In this document: positions 13,987 through 27,200 of the stretch, one piece after another
Layout: every line of letters starts with the position of its first letter
Position numbering within the stretch: position 1 is the stretch's first letter
Assembly: GCA_012295275.1 (NCBI GenBank)
Contig: CM022667.1
Span: 14,384,001-14,448,000, forward strand
DNA from: Chrysomallon squamiferum
Lineage: Eukaryota > Animalia > Mollusca
Length of the DNA stretch: 64,000 nucleotides
Direction of reading: 5' to 3'
Position numbers and translations under genes: made by a program
The notes under the pieces: generated by a model
Told to the model about the DNA's origin: nothing
The model's input: only the letters and a program-made list of their open reading frames with translations
The model's database searches: none

Positions 13987-16564
13987 TTTATACATATCTA
14001 ATGAGGAATGACTGCCACAGTATATATTCATGTTAAGATTACATTCGGGGTGATCCAAACTAATTTACAGAACATAAATACAAATTTATATTTTTTTAGT
14101 CTGACTGCAATTCTATGAAAATATGGTTTTTGCTATACCGAAAAAACAAAAACAAAAAAAATGAAAAGAAAACAAGACAAGAAAAAGAAAATATTACACT
14201 GAATAAGTCAACGGCTGTTCAGAGACTATGTTCAGTTAATAACATTTTTAAAAAAATTTGTATTTATTTCATTTTTGAGATGAATTAATAATTTAAACTA
14301 AACTATACTGTAGCTTCATCCGGACATAACTGCCCACAGCAGGCTCACGGTACAAGCATCTTCAATGAAGCGAACGCCAGATCAAAGCCATGAGGGCTGT
14401 GAACAGAGGTAGGGAAACAAAACGATAAAGAAACGGATCACTGAACTGAACTTTGTTTACAGATGTGTACTTGTGATTCAACAGCATTTGACGTAACTGG
14501 ACAAATATACTGACAAAACAGAGAAGATGAAACGACTGAATGCAGTAATGATGTACATCAAACATTTGAATGTGTAAACACATTATGTATTTACATTTAC
14601 AGATGTGTACTTGTATTTACATATGAACCGAGTGTATGCACATGAAATACAAATCATAAAAACTAATATGTTACCCTTAGGACATCTATATTCATATTTA
14701 TTTATTTATTTATTTATTATTAAAAAAAACAATTGTTGTTGTTGTTCGAGAAAACAACCAGCTTACTTTCAACAACAGCATTTTTATAATCAAATAGCAC
14801 ATCTTAAGCATTTAAACGTTTGTTGTATATTGGCAATACAATTTGGAAGAAATCTTTCAGCTCTAAGGAATAACTACATTTTCAGTATTTCTACACAGAG
14901 AATATATTCCACTTGCTAAACATTTATTATTTTTCCATCTGCATTTTTCACTGAACAAACAGATATATGTCAGTCCAAAATGTAATTATGTTAACCAGTG
15001 TTTTCAGTCATGATTTCTTAAATATGTCTCCAACACAGTATTTGATTCTAAACAGTCTGTAACAAGATGCTTTAGATATGTTTTGCAACAATTTTTATTC
15101 CATTTCAATATTAGGTAAGATTTTGAAGAAATTAATTCCACTGTAGCCATGCCTTTTGAAAATATCTTCAAGATCGTTAAGAAAAAATAAAAATATTTCT
15201 CCATGCCTCGAGCCTCTATACGACATGGACATTTTTATCTTTGTAAATATCTTTTACAGTCACAGATTACTTAAATATATTGGTATACAGGTACCGGACC
15301 AATTATCCGCACTCGTTGGGGCCTCAGGCATTCCGGATTTCTGGATTTTTCCGGTTTTCTGGTACCAAGGCATCTAAATACGTAAAAAATTAGGCATAAA
15401 CATTTTAAAATTAAAAACACAAAGAAAACTGACGATACGCAACTGTTTTCAAGACGCCGGATAATTGGTCCGGTACATTTAATGTGAACAAGTTTAAAAT
15501 ATTTATCTCTTATATCGTTTTTCACGATCCAACTGAAGAAGAGGTACACGAATCCACGCAGAAACGGAAATAAATAAAGATTCAGTATATTTTTTCTTTC
15601 TAGTTCTTAATAATTCACTGAGAAAATATTACGTGACAATATGGTCAACAATAGAATGATCTTTTCTAAATACGGCTTGAATTTCAGATAAATCACGATG
15701 CATGCTTTGTCACGGTAGACTACATTACCTGGAAGAAGTAATTATCTTTATTTCGTTATTATAGTATAATATGCATTTTCATTTATAAAATATAATATAA
15801 TATTATGTCTAAAGGAGTTTATTTAGAGTCAGCCCGAGGTTCTTACATCTGTCTGGCATAAAAATAATTTTTGTTTATGCGTGTGTGCCTATGTTTTAAC
15901 TGACAAGTTCACACAGCAACTAAGATGTCCCAGTGTCGTACCTGCTTGTTTCAACAGCCACAGTAATTAATACCAAATATTTTTTAATAAAACAATACAT
16001 AAGACAATGTATTACTTACCTGTTGGAGATTGCTTTCGTCAAGCTTTCAGTTTCTTGAAAACCTTTCTCTTGCAGATAGTTTCGAATGTCGTTTTCAGAA
16101 AGAATTTCAGAGAAATTGAGTTTACTGTTAGGATTATAACCCACCCACCACTCGGCCGTTTTGTTGTAAATCTGGTAATGGAAGTAACAAATCGAGGTGT
16201 TATACGGACAGTTACGATCATGTGCTTTCTGAAAAACGTTTAAAGCTGAAAAAAGTTGTTCTGAAGTTACGTATCGTGTGTCGCTGTACATGGATGCCTC
16301 GAGAAGAGGTACAAGAATCCAGAACGAAAAGAAAACTTCATTATCGTCATAATGTCCTCTCGATCGTTCGGAAAGCACCATTGAAGGTGGTACGTGAACA
16401 GAAATCGTATTTTTATAGATCCCTGCATCCTCACCAGAGTTTATCTGACTTTCTGAAACCTTTTCTGCGATCTGAGTTAGAAGTGAGTGTATGGAGGATT
16501 TGTGTGTACCGAAACAGGAAACTGTACAAGATATAAACAGAATATAAGTAAATAGTTTGAACAT
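3991..16564 (-). CDS. Uncharacterised secreted protein, 8 coding exons, 609 aa
   Basis: Exons 16564-16020, 7779-7485, 6987-6820, 6357-6184, 6071-5937, 5533-5425, 4746-4625, 4272-3991. All introns are GT-AG and phase-consistent (1830 nt, open frame, TAA at 3991-3993). The N-terminus MFKLFTYILFISCTVSCFG resembles a signal peptide, and several N-x-S/T sequons are present. Confidence 0.8.
4457..4593. repeat. (TTA)n/(TTG)n trinucleotide microsatellite in an intron
   Basis: Compound tta/ttg run; explains the spurious poly-N ORF 4387-4605. Confidence 0.95.
8745..11803 (+). mobile_element. Academ-superfamily DNA transposon (XPG-type), internally deleted, non-autonomous
   Basis: Long inverted termini 5'-TACAAAGTTTTTTTGCTG...CAGCAAAAAAACTTTGTA-3' (left arm 8745-9293, right arm 11417-11803). 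Flanks are CCG (8742-44) and CTG (11804-06), a putative 3-bp TSD with one C>T. Internal ORFs carry transposase-like, XPG/PIN nuclease and Cys-rich motifs, the domain order described for Academ. Confidence 0.8.
9294..11473 (+). pseudogene. Academ transposase/XPG-nuclease remnant (N-terminal part missing, frameshifted)
   Basis: ORF 9309-10058 has FVRAKREADWPLHL, HFNYARY, WSDMWIETTFMRYGHG and GIIGITL. ORF 10055-11119 has ILDG, IFDRY, SIK, HEEVD, DTDVFVLLL, SGCDT and GVGK (XPG/FEN-like acidic motifs). Shifted frames then give AFEENVKRAHIQTAIW..GW..RCGC....C....CGC......CTMFCGC.....C (Cys-rich finger). Frameshifts fall near 10055, 11095 and 11347. Confidence 0.8.
13319..13532. mobile_element. Tc1/mariner-type (pogo/Tigger-like) MITE, copy 1
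   Basis: TIR CAGGTACCGGACCAATTATCCG ... CGGATAATTGTTCCGGTACATT, flanked by TA on both sides. The paralogous empty site at ~17906-17920 (ttggtaTActgtgaa) has a single TA. Confidence 0.85.
15288..15479. mobile_element. Tc1/mariner-type MITE, copy 2 (duplicated with the 2 kb unit)
   Basis: Same TIRs and TA flanks at the same position of the second tandem unit, with a small internal deletion. Confidence 0.85.
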
Positions 16565-16619
16565 GTTTGTCAGAGGCCCAGAGCGGAGACACTGAAATGT
16601 TTCAGAACTTCTCACAAAT

Positions 16620-16627
16620 CTTATATA
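16620..16627 (-). promoter_or_regulatory. Putative TATA box of the proximal exon 1
   Basis: TATATAAG on the minus strand ~60 nt upstream of ATG 16564, at about the same spacing as in the distal copy. It lies in an AT run. Confidence 0.3.
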
Positions 16628-16821
16628 TATACATACAGAAAGATTGAGAATGTCTAGATAAAACATCTGGACATAACATGTGAGAAACAGTTAACCACAC
16701 TGTGTCAGCTGCAAGGTTTCAGATTTTATGCATGTATGCATGTATGTATATATGTATGTTTGTGTGGGGGTTTACGTCGGAATCTGTTTATGCATGAACG
16801 TGTGTACGTTCCTACATGATT

Positions 16822-16880
16822 GTCTCGGTGGCCGAACGGTAACATCATCCGCCTTCGCAGTGCGGGTGATTGAAAGCCAC
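16822..16880 (+). mobile_element. Possible tRNA-derived SINE head fragment
   Basis: GTCTCGGTGGCCGAACGGTAA resembles a Pol III A-box tRNA 5' end in a GC-rich patch. No convincing B-box or cloverleaf. Confidence 0.3.
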
Positions 16881-16992
16881 TTCATTGAATTTATCTCAGA
16901 TTATGTAGAAAATACTTTCCAGTTCTTTTATCTTTATTTTATGGGAATTTATTGCTGTTGTTCTTAATATTATTACTGTTATTTTTGTGCCC

Positions 16993-17039
<47 letters not shown>

Positions 17040-17057
17040 GGACTTTATTTTAAACTT

Positions 17058-17091
<34 letters not shown>

Positions 17092-17099
17092 CCATTTCA

Positions 17100-17590
<491 letters not shown>

Positions 17591-18446
17591 CCTATTTTGA
17601 CTTAAACCCTAATCTTAGGCTAAATACTTATTGATTGCAGTAATGATGTATATCAAATATTTGAATGTGTAAACACATTATATATTTACAGATGCGTACT
17701 TGTATTTATATATGAACCGAGTATAGATACCTAAAAACAAATAATAAAAACTTATATCACATCCTTAGGACATCTATGTCATTTTTTTTATTATTATTAT
17801 TATTATTTTTTTTTTTGAGAAAACAATCGGCTTACTATGAGCAACAGCATTTTTACGACATGGACATTTTTATCTTTGTAAATATCTTTAACAGTCTCAC
17901 ATCACTTGGTATACTGTGAATAAGTTTAAAATATTTACCTGCTTTATCGTTTTTCATGGTCCAGCTCTCCACACAGTAACAAACGCTCTTTTAGAGTCAA
18001 TAAAGATTCAGTATATTTTTTCTTTCAAGTTCTTTATAATTCACTTACACCATATTACGTGACAATATGGTCAACTCTAGAATTATCTAATCTAAATCCG
18101 CCTTGAGTTTCAAACAACTGACGATGCATACTTTGTCAGCGCAGTCTATATTTTCTGGAAGTGGGAATTATCTTTATCTTGTTATTGTTGTATAAAATGC
18201 ATTTTCTTTTATAAAAAATAATATAATATTATGTCTAAAGGAGTTTATTTAGAGTCAGTCCATGCTTTTTACATCTGTCTAATATGTTCTGTTTATGTGT
18301 GTGTGCGTATGTGAGTGTTGTTTTTGCTGACAAGTTCACACAGCAACTAAGATGTCCCTGGGTCGTACATGCTTGTTACAACAGCCACAGTAATTAATAC
18401 CAAATATATTTTCACAAAACAATACATAAGACATTGTATTACTTAC

Positions 18447-18991
18447 CTGTTGGAGATCGCTTTCGTCAAGCTTTCAGTTTCTTGATAACCTTTCTCTTGC
18501 AGATAGTTTCGAATTTCGTCTTCAGAAACAATTTCAGAGAAATTGTGTCTACTGTTAGGATTATAACCCACCCACCACTCGGCTGTTTTGTTGTAAATCT
18601 GGTAATGGAAGTAACAAATCGAGGTGTTATACGGACAGTTACGATCATGTGCTTTCTGAAAAACGTTTAGAGTTGAAAGAAGTTGTTCTGAAGTTACGTA
18701 TCGTGTGTCGCTGTACATGGATGCCTCGAGAAGAGGTACAAGAATCCAGAACGAAAAGAAAACATCATTATCGTCATAATGTCCTCTCGATCGTTCGGGA
18801 AGCACCACTGAAGGCGGTACGTGAACGGAAATCGTATTTTTATAGATCCCTGCATCCTCACCAGAGTTTATCTGACTTTCTGAGACCTTTTCTGCGATCT
18901 TAGTTAGAAGTGAGTCTATGGAGGATTTGTGTGTACCGAAACAGCAAACTGTACAAGATAAAAACAGAATATAAGTGAACAGTTTGGACAT
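18447..18991 (-). CDS. Second (distal) copy of exon 1 of the secreted-protein gene; open frame, signal peptide and donor intact
   Basis: 545 nt, the same length and phase-2 donor (AG|gtaagt) as 16020-16564. 16 of 182 aa differ by my count. No separate downstream exons are present in the same orientation. Confidence 0.7.
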
Positions 18992-19050
18992 GTTTGAGAG
19001 AGGTCCAGAGCAGAGACACTGAAATGTTTTAACTATTCTCAAAACACACG

Positions 19051-19058
19051 TTTATATA
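19051..19058 (-). promoter_or_regulatory. Putative TATA box of the distal exon 1
   Basis: TATATAAA on the minus strand ~60 nt upstream of ATG 18991. Confidence 0.35.
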
Positions 19059-20525
19059 CCCACAGAAAGGATAATAGCACAGATGTTGCTTCCCCCCAGT
19101 TTTATCTGTTAGCTCCTAACAGCCGATACGCGCAAATAATTAGAGTTCTGTTTGACCATCCGTAATACCCTTTTACAGGAAAATACGCGATGCGAACTTT
19201 TAAAGGCAATTTTTAAATTGTAATATTACGTAAATTAGCTGCCAAAATTATGGTGAGTTTTGTGTAAAAACTATCACACCAAATGGCTTCTAATGTATAC
19301 GGGCATCGGGGTCTAAGTTCTGGTTGTGGGTTTGAGGGGAAGAAGCAACAGACGGGCTGTAGCCCAACATGGCGGTTCAGTTTGATGATCACGGAGGTTA
19401 TGGGAAGGAACTGGTTTTTTTTATACCGTCATTAGTCTGTATAGAGTGTGTCATTAACGGCGTATTTGTTCAATATATAATTTAGTTGTGTTTATTTTAT
19501 TGTATATTATTACAAAATATATTCTGTAAATAAATAAATAACTCAAACTGCCCTTTTGTTGATGTGCTATTTATGCAGTGATTATATTTTACTGTCACAA
19601 TTTAAAATTTGCTAATCCCTATCATAGTGTTCTAAATCCAACGAAAGGTCGTTATCTGTATTTCAAAGAACTACCCCAGCTTCTTTAATTGTATAACTAA
19701 AAGTCAAATAAGTTATAGAATTAGCTGCTGCTGTATCATCCTTTAACTAACCTTGCGCAAATTGCAGTATCACGCCAGATAGTTTCACAGTCACACCACC
19801 CATCATGTTACGAAGAAAGTGAATATCTGTATCTTTAACCATCTTGATTTTAAGCTTTTCGAAATTTTAATTTTATTTCTGTTTTTGAAGAATTAAATAC
19901 AGTATTAAATAATACTGCATCTTGTTTTAGGATATTAAAAAAAATGACTCTTTGAGAAAATCAGGCAGTGCGCAAATTTACTGAAATTAATGGTCAATTT
20001 ACAATGTTTTTTTTTATAGCATTTCTTACTTGTGAAAAATGTCCACATACAGAGCTATTGCTTCAAACTCTTTTTCTTTCCTTACATTAACTATATTAAT
20101 AATCCAAGAAAAGAAATCCTTTATTTAAATTTATAAATCAGAAAGCTTAGCATACAAGTCTGCTAAATGCGACGCGTTTTAATTTGATTGAAGAGGTTGT
20201 CTATTCTGAAATTAACTGACTCAGAAATTTAAATTGGCTTAATTAAACCTGTGTTTCGTCGAGCTGTATCCTTATTAACTCGCGTAAGTGAAGATCGGCT
20301 CTAATACTTCGCAAGACTGTTATTTATAAACGCATGCTGTAGAATTATCCTTTATACAATGATGTTAATAAAAAAAAATGAGACAATGATCTGGCAGAAT
20401 TACAAAAGGAAAGTTCAGCTACGTTTCTATGTTGGTCCGTGTTCATCCTTGATGATGCAGTCATCTGATACACAGTAACGAAACTAAAAGCAGGTAAAGT
20501 CCACTGTCAGAGTTACCACCGAACA

Positions 20526-20790
20526 CAGGGGCGAATCTGTTATGAAACTAATGAAACTTAAGCTTTAGGGCGCTAAATCCCAAACGGGCCCCAGAAGCGC
20601 CTTAAGTCCTCATTGCTTCAGAATTTTAATCATAATCTGAGATGCAGTCTAAATGTTTAAAACCCGTCATGGAACATTGCCAGAAATTAATAAATAAAAA
20701 AATAGCCTACGTAATTATCCAGACCTGAATGCGAAGGGCCCCACGTAATTTTTCAAACATCAGGGTCTCAGAACTGTAGGTCAGCCACTG
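20526..20790. mobile_element. hAT-like non-autonomous element (MITE), 265 bp
   Basis: Imperfect TIRs CAGGGGCGAATCT / AGGTCAGCCACTG and 8-bp flanks ACCGAACA (20518-25) and ACCAAACA (20791-98), matching 7/8. An 8-bp TSD with CAG termini is typical of hAT. Confidence 0.7.
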
Positions 20791-21849
20791 ACCAAACATT
20801 ATGAAAATGACTGAGAATGACTCAAATAAACGTTTATAAAATTATGTATTTTCCTGCAGACTTATCATTCTAAGTAACGATACTACTAAAATGGCTGCGG
20901 ACTGAAATCAACCGGACACACGCACACAAAGAACAGAGTGAAAAAGTATTTTTATTTTAAACAACAGCCGTCGTCGCTTTAATGAATGGCATTCTTCATT
21001 AGCGGATTTTTCATCTTTTTCTTTTTTTTTCTTCTTTTTTTTTTTTTATATCAAAGAGACCGGGTTTTCTTAGGGTAACAGCATGTTTATCACAATTTTT
21101 TCTTTGTCGAAACATTAGTTACAAACAGTTTTTACAGTTTATTTATTTATTAAAATAAATAAATAAAAGATAAAATAAATAAATTAATTAATTCAAATAA
21201 AGAAATTAAAAAACAAAATAAATAATAAATAAATAAATAAATAAATAAATAAACAGTAGTAATAATAGTAGTAGTAGTAGTTATAATAATATAATAATAA
21301 ATTAAAATAAAATAAAAATTATTAAATAAATAAATAAATAATATAAGCAGTAGAATAAAACTGAAAAGGGGCATCAGCCATCTTCCCTTACTGCATTATT
21401 TTCATTTAAACGTCTTTCTTTCCTTCTGTTTTTCTCTCTTTATTATTATTATTATCATTATTAGCAGTAGTAGTAGTAGTAGTAGTTATAGTAGCAGCAG
21501 CAGCAGTAATAGTAATAGTAATAATAGTTTAAGTAGTAGTTGTAGTAGTAGCAGTAGTAGGAGTAACAGCAGGAGGTTATTTATTGTATATTTTGTTCTC
21601 TTCTTCGTCTTCTCCTTCTTCTTTCTTTTCTTTTTTTTTTTTTTTTTTTTTTTTCTTTTTAATTTAATAACATTTTTACAGCCTACTGTATGTATAGTCA
21701 ACAAACAAAAATTTAACTATAGCTATCATCATAACCAATCAGAACCATCAACAAACAAACAAAAGAAAGAAATAAATGGAAGATAGTGAGATTAAATTTA
21801 GACGTGGACTTTGTATGTTTGTGTTTTCTTTAAATAATTATAATTTAAA

Positions 21850-21926
21850 AAATAATAATAATAATAGAAACAGTAATAGTAATAATAATAATGATAATAA
21901 TAATAATAATAAAATAAAATAATATA

Positions 21927-21993
<67 letters not shown>

Positions 21994-22007
21994 TAAAATA
22001 ATATAAA

Positions 22008-22096
<89 letters not shown>
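21850..22096. repeat. (AAT)n followed by (ATT)n low-complexity tract
   Basis: Directly visible; the orientation switches at ~22043. Confidence 0.9.
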
Positions 22097-22785
22097 GCTG
22101 TTGCGCTGTTGACAAAAGGACCTACTCTTAGTTCAAGAGTTTGCCGGTATCTAGTCCGTAGCGTGATTCCGGCTCGAAAGTATTAAAACGTAAAATGGTG
22201 GTGTGTGCGATACACTGTACAGGAATAAAGAAGATCCAACACAGAGCTACAATAATTCATCATTTTTTAATGATAACTGCGAAGTAGACATGGTGTACGT
22301 ATATAGTTCTGATTATGTTTTATTCACACTTTCGTGTACGCTTTCACTCATTCTACAAATATTACGGTGTTTTTCAGGTTCGGTCTGTCTCGACAGCAGA
22401 GCTTTTAGTATTTTACTATTTACTCAATGTTTTGCTAGGTTTTCTTTCGCTGCTCTTAATTCAGATATGAAAACAGCGTTGTAGTCTTACAGTTTAGTTC
22501 CATACCTGGTTTAATAGTCGTTAGCAGCATCTAGCCTCTGCTAACAAGGAGTCGACGGAAACTGAACAATGAAAGATACGTGATAGTATTACAATGACAG
22601 TAATACTGTTCTAACTTAAATCGAGAGATTGGAGCAAAACAAGGTTTTAAACGTTATAAATCTCCTAATTGTTATACAGCCCTAATATAATTTAGCATGT
22701 TACTTGAAATATTGCAGTTGATATCAGCAATTAACAGAGTAACCTTTATCCACCACATTAATTAAATGTTCAAACATATAATAAT

Positions 22786-22846
<61 letters not shown>

Positions 22847-22962
22847 CTATGCTATATTTATTTTATTAACAGTATTTCATTTTGTAATTTATAGATGCCT
22901 CAAGGACAGGACCTGATGTATCAAACTGGCTGCATTTTTCTAAATAGCACTTGAAGATTAAG

Positions 22963-23834
22963 ATGGAAAACATTCGCACAAGAGTTAAAAACATCTCTCA
23001 CAGCCATATCTGTTTTGTTGGTTTGTGTGCAATCATTGTGTATCTGTTCCGAGCAGGTGACTCGTACTTCTTGCAGCCAGTGTGGAGAAAACGAATTGAA
23101 AACCGAGAGTATCGTAACAGTTTTTTCCCGACAGAGAAGGACCGTCTTCCACCACCAGTGGTAACAGACCTCGAGAGCGATGGAATAAATGAAGTGATCT
23201 TGATCACTCCCGATTTAAAGCTGTGCATATTGGCCATTCCGGAGCCAGTGAAAGACGACAGAACTCTCCCCCACGTTGTAGTCAAACACAGAGTGAGGCT
23301 GCCTTCTCATGGCGCCAGAGAGGACAGGACCAGTCAACCTGTTCTCATGGAAACGGGATTCACACGTCCATATTTGTCCATGATGCAGATACGGAAACAA
23401 GTAAGTATTAGTTTTACTTATACTCATAAGATTTACAATTTTTATTAGTTGTTTCACATTTAAAAAACAAAAAACAACATCAGCAAATTGTCCAGTTTGA
23501 AACATTCAAGAATAAAACATTAATATTTCTTAGCCACACAGACAAAAACACAGCTGTATAAACTTAGAGAGAAGCCCATCTGTTGTTGTTATTATTACTG
23601 TTGCTGCTGTTAGCTTAAACTGTTACACATATTTAAATTAAATGAAAAGGCAAACATGTAACATTTACTAGATGTATTTAATTTGAACTATATGAAGAGG
23701 TATACATTTAAAAAAAATTATTATTAGTAGTAATAGTAGTAGGGTTTATTATTTGACTTTGTCGTCATCATCTTATTATTATTTTGTTGTTATTGTGATA
23801 ATAATTATTATTCTTTCTTCTTCATCAAATACTG

Positions 23835-23892
<58 letters not shown>

Positions 23893-24215
23893 TTTAGATA
23901 ATTATCATAGTAATGGACAACTGGCATGTTCTCTGCTACAATCATGAGCTGAAGTTGCTATGGCAACAGAAACTGTTGAATCAGTCACAGCTTAAAGACA
24001 CCTACAAAGTGAAAGCAATGGGAGCATTGGTGACATCACACTCAGTGAGAAAAAATGACGAGGGACTAATTATTATAGGTGGAAGTTTGAGTCATGGAAT
24101 ACATGAAGACAAAGAACAGAATGAAGCTACACAGTCAGTGCATAGCATTATTTGTTACATTTTATTTTTTATTTGTTACATTTTATACCATTATACCATG
24201 TAAGTGTGTGCATAT

Positions 24216-24258
<43 letters not shown>

Positions 24259-27200
24259 AATGTTATATATATTGTTAACATTCTTTAGTACAGTCAGCCC
24301 ATTTATGGAAAGAGGAGAATAAAGCCACAGTCAGTTTGTTTCATTATTTGTTACATTTTATACTTTTTTTTATTTCTATTTACATAGATGTTTATATATA
24401 GTTTTATATCTACAGTTAACATGCTTTTTTAGTCTAGTCAACAAGTATGTTGAAAAAACCAAATAAAGCCACACAGTTCGTTCACTGCATTATTTTTACA
24501 TTTTATTCTTTCTTTGTATATCTTGTTGCATATACATTTATATACAGAAATATAAAATAGATATACTACATAGATAGACAGATAATTTAGTTAACATGCT
24601 TTAGTATAATCATCAGGTGTTAAAGTAATATTAATCTCATTCTTGTCAAACATGTATCTTTTAGGATGATAATGTGATAGAAAAATTGATTCTACTTCAC
24701 TGAGGGCCACTTTAAATTATTCATCTTTTACTTGTCAAACAGCAAAATATAAGGACTTTGAAAAATCAGGCATTGCTATACGATTAAATTTGCCCAGTGC
24801 ACACATAAGTATGAACTGACCACTTGATATAGTGTGTCCTGTGCCAGAATTTCATGCTATAATAAATGCTATTTTTTTTTGTTAATATATCCATTATTTT
24901 CAGAACTAGCATTAGATCTGACTGGCTGCAGGATCAATGCCCATTAGTGAATCTTGTTACTGTTCAAACAAATTTACAATTTATCAGTTTATGACTTGTT
25001 AAAAATAGGCTAAATACATATTATTTTAGGCCACCTTTTTTACTGTTATATTATTATTGTTGTTGTTGTTACATAATAATAATATATAATTACAAATTAA
25101 AGTGATATTGTTGTTAAAATTACAGAAGTCCAAATGAAACTACTACCCACAGTCACAGAGATCTGAATGAAGATGAGGAAGAAACAGATCACTTTTCAAC
25201 ATTTGCCTTGAGCGGCAACAATGGCACAATACGATGGCACCATCTTCCTGGAGATTTCTCTGTGTCACCACCCGATGCCATGGTAACATCTTCCTTTATG
25301 AACATTTTGTGGAACCTTTAATGGAATGATTATTTCTCTATAACTGTTTATAATTATTTTTGTGAACAATTCCCTTTCAGCTTACAGGTCATGTTTTCAT
25401 CTGTTTATTTTTTTTAAATGGTCATGCTAGTTTTAAATACAGTTTACATGGATTGCTTAGTTAGGTAATGTTAAACCTCTTCTTTACTTGAATATAAACT
25501 GGATAACAAAATTTTGGAAGATTTCATTCACTTTTGTTATTTTGCAAATAATAGGAAAATTTCCGAGAGTTTCACTGGAAATTATCACTGAAGAGAAATC
25601 GGCTACACAAGGGAGAGTCAGTATGGACAATGTACAGGCACAATATTTTACAGTACCTAGTAAGTTTATATTTATAAATATATATACGTATGTGTGTGTG
25701 TGTATGTATATACAAACACACACACACACACACAAAAAATTCAAATATATAAAAGACAACTACCAAGTAGAATGATGATTGTATTAAAGCAGTTACATAT
25801 ATATATATATATTGAAACTAAAGAAGAAAAATTAAAGACAATAATTATAATAAATAAATAAAATATTTCTCATTTTTTAAACAGAAATAAACAAGACTGT
25901 CATTAGAGTTATTTCTTGCTAAATTACAAGAAAACAAAGCAAATAATAAACAAGATGTAAATAAACAAAAAACAGAGCTACAAATAATAGTAATAATAAA
26001 TATAATAAACTATTTAATAATCAGATGCATGTTTCTTGTTTCATTGCCTTTTTGTTATTTACAAATGAAGTAATATTATTTTTCTTTATCATGTAAAATT
26101 AACCTGAAAATGAAATATCTGATCAAATTTAAGAAAGAAATGGAAATAAAATAATAATAATTGATAAAAATAACATAAAAAATAAAACATACCAGATTTA
26201 TGAATCTAACATTAGAATATGATCATCCATTATAGAGATATAGTTGATTTAATATGTTTTTGTAATTGTTGTTGTTGTTCTTATTTTGTTACTATTCTTA
26301 TTGTTGGTCATGTTATTACATTATTATTATTATTATTGTTATTATAACTGTTATTGTAATAATTGTGATTATTCAACATCATCATCATCATCACCATCAT
26401 CATTATGTTCTAACAGCCTCACCTTTGGACACGTCTAGAAGACACTAAGTTTACTCTAGCTAGAATACAAAAATTAGCACAAGTGATGGACGGAGAGACG
26501 GAAGTTTCTACAGAATCCAGTCAACAGACGTCATCAGTTAGTGCTCTAAAACCGGAACACATAGTTGGATACGCCTATGGAGGTCAGAGGCCCCACAGCA
26601 GCCACGAACATGTTGCCAACCCAAATGCTGTTGTCATCCACAACCATAAAGGAATAGAGGTCCTCAATATACTGTCAGGTGAGCTAGTGGTACTGGGGTG
26701 TGGGGAAATGTTTTGTCTTTTTTATGTATTTGTTTTTAGATTTGTGCATTCATACAGGGAAATATTTATTCTGTATGTGTGTGTGTGGGGTGGGGTTATG
26801 TGTACATGTTTGGGATAGGTTTTTAAATGACAACAGTGATAGAGAATGTAAAACACACACATACAGAAAGACATGTACAGAACTACACATATTCACAGAT
26901 TATACATATATGGATACACAGATTACACACACATACACACACACATCACACAGATATACATACATATACACAAACACATCTACACCAATCCACACACAGA
27001 TTACACACATACAAACACACAACACACACACACACACAAACACACATGCTTTAGTCCAATATTTAACGTAAACACAGTCACCTCATATTGTTCGTTAGGT
27101 CGACCAATTACTAGAGTTCCACTGCATAGTGTTTCATCCATCTATCTGGACATTGACGAAGATGGGGAACTTGAGCACCTGAAATGGGGTCAGTACAAAG

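Larger units (their letters stand above)
11893..15870. repeat. ~2 kb tandem duplication (units ~11893-13920 and ~13934-15870) within intron 1
   Basis: Both units start with (TG)n followed by 'atatctaatgaggaatgactgccacag' and share near-identical text, for example ORFs 12343-12546 vs 14362-14583 and 12586.. vs 14605... A more deleted third copy lies at ~17630-18440. Confidence 0.92.

Noticed and set aside
12343-15549. Repeated small ORFs (MFDVHHYC.., MYLYLHMN.., ..QKSGMPQAPRS..)
   Set aside because: Explained by the intronic tandem duplication and MITE; the reading frames are not preserved between copies.
16822-16900. Functional tRNA gene
   Set aside because: Only an A-box-like 5' end is present; no T-arm/B-box or acceptor stem could be built.
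21960-22096. (AAT)n/(ATT)n apparent palindrome as a structural RNA
   Set aside because: Juxtaposed opposite-strand microsatellites with no information content beyond the simple repeat.
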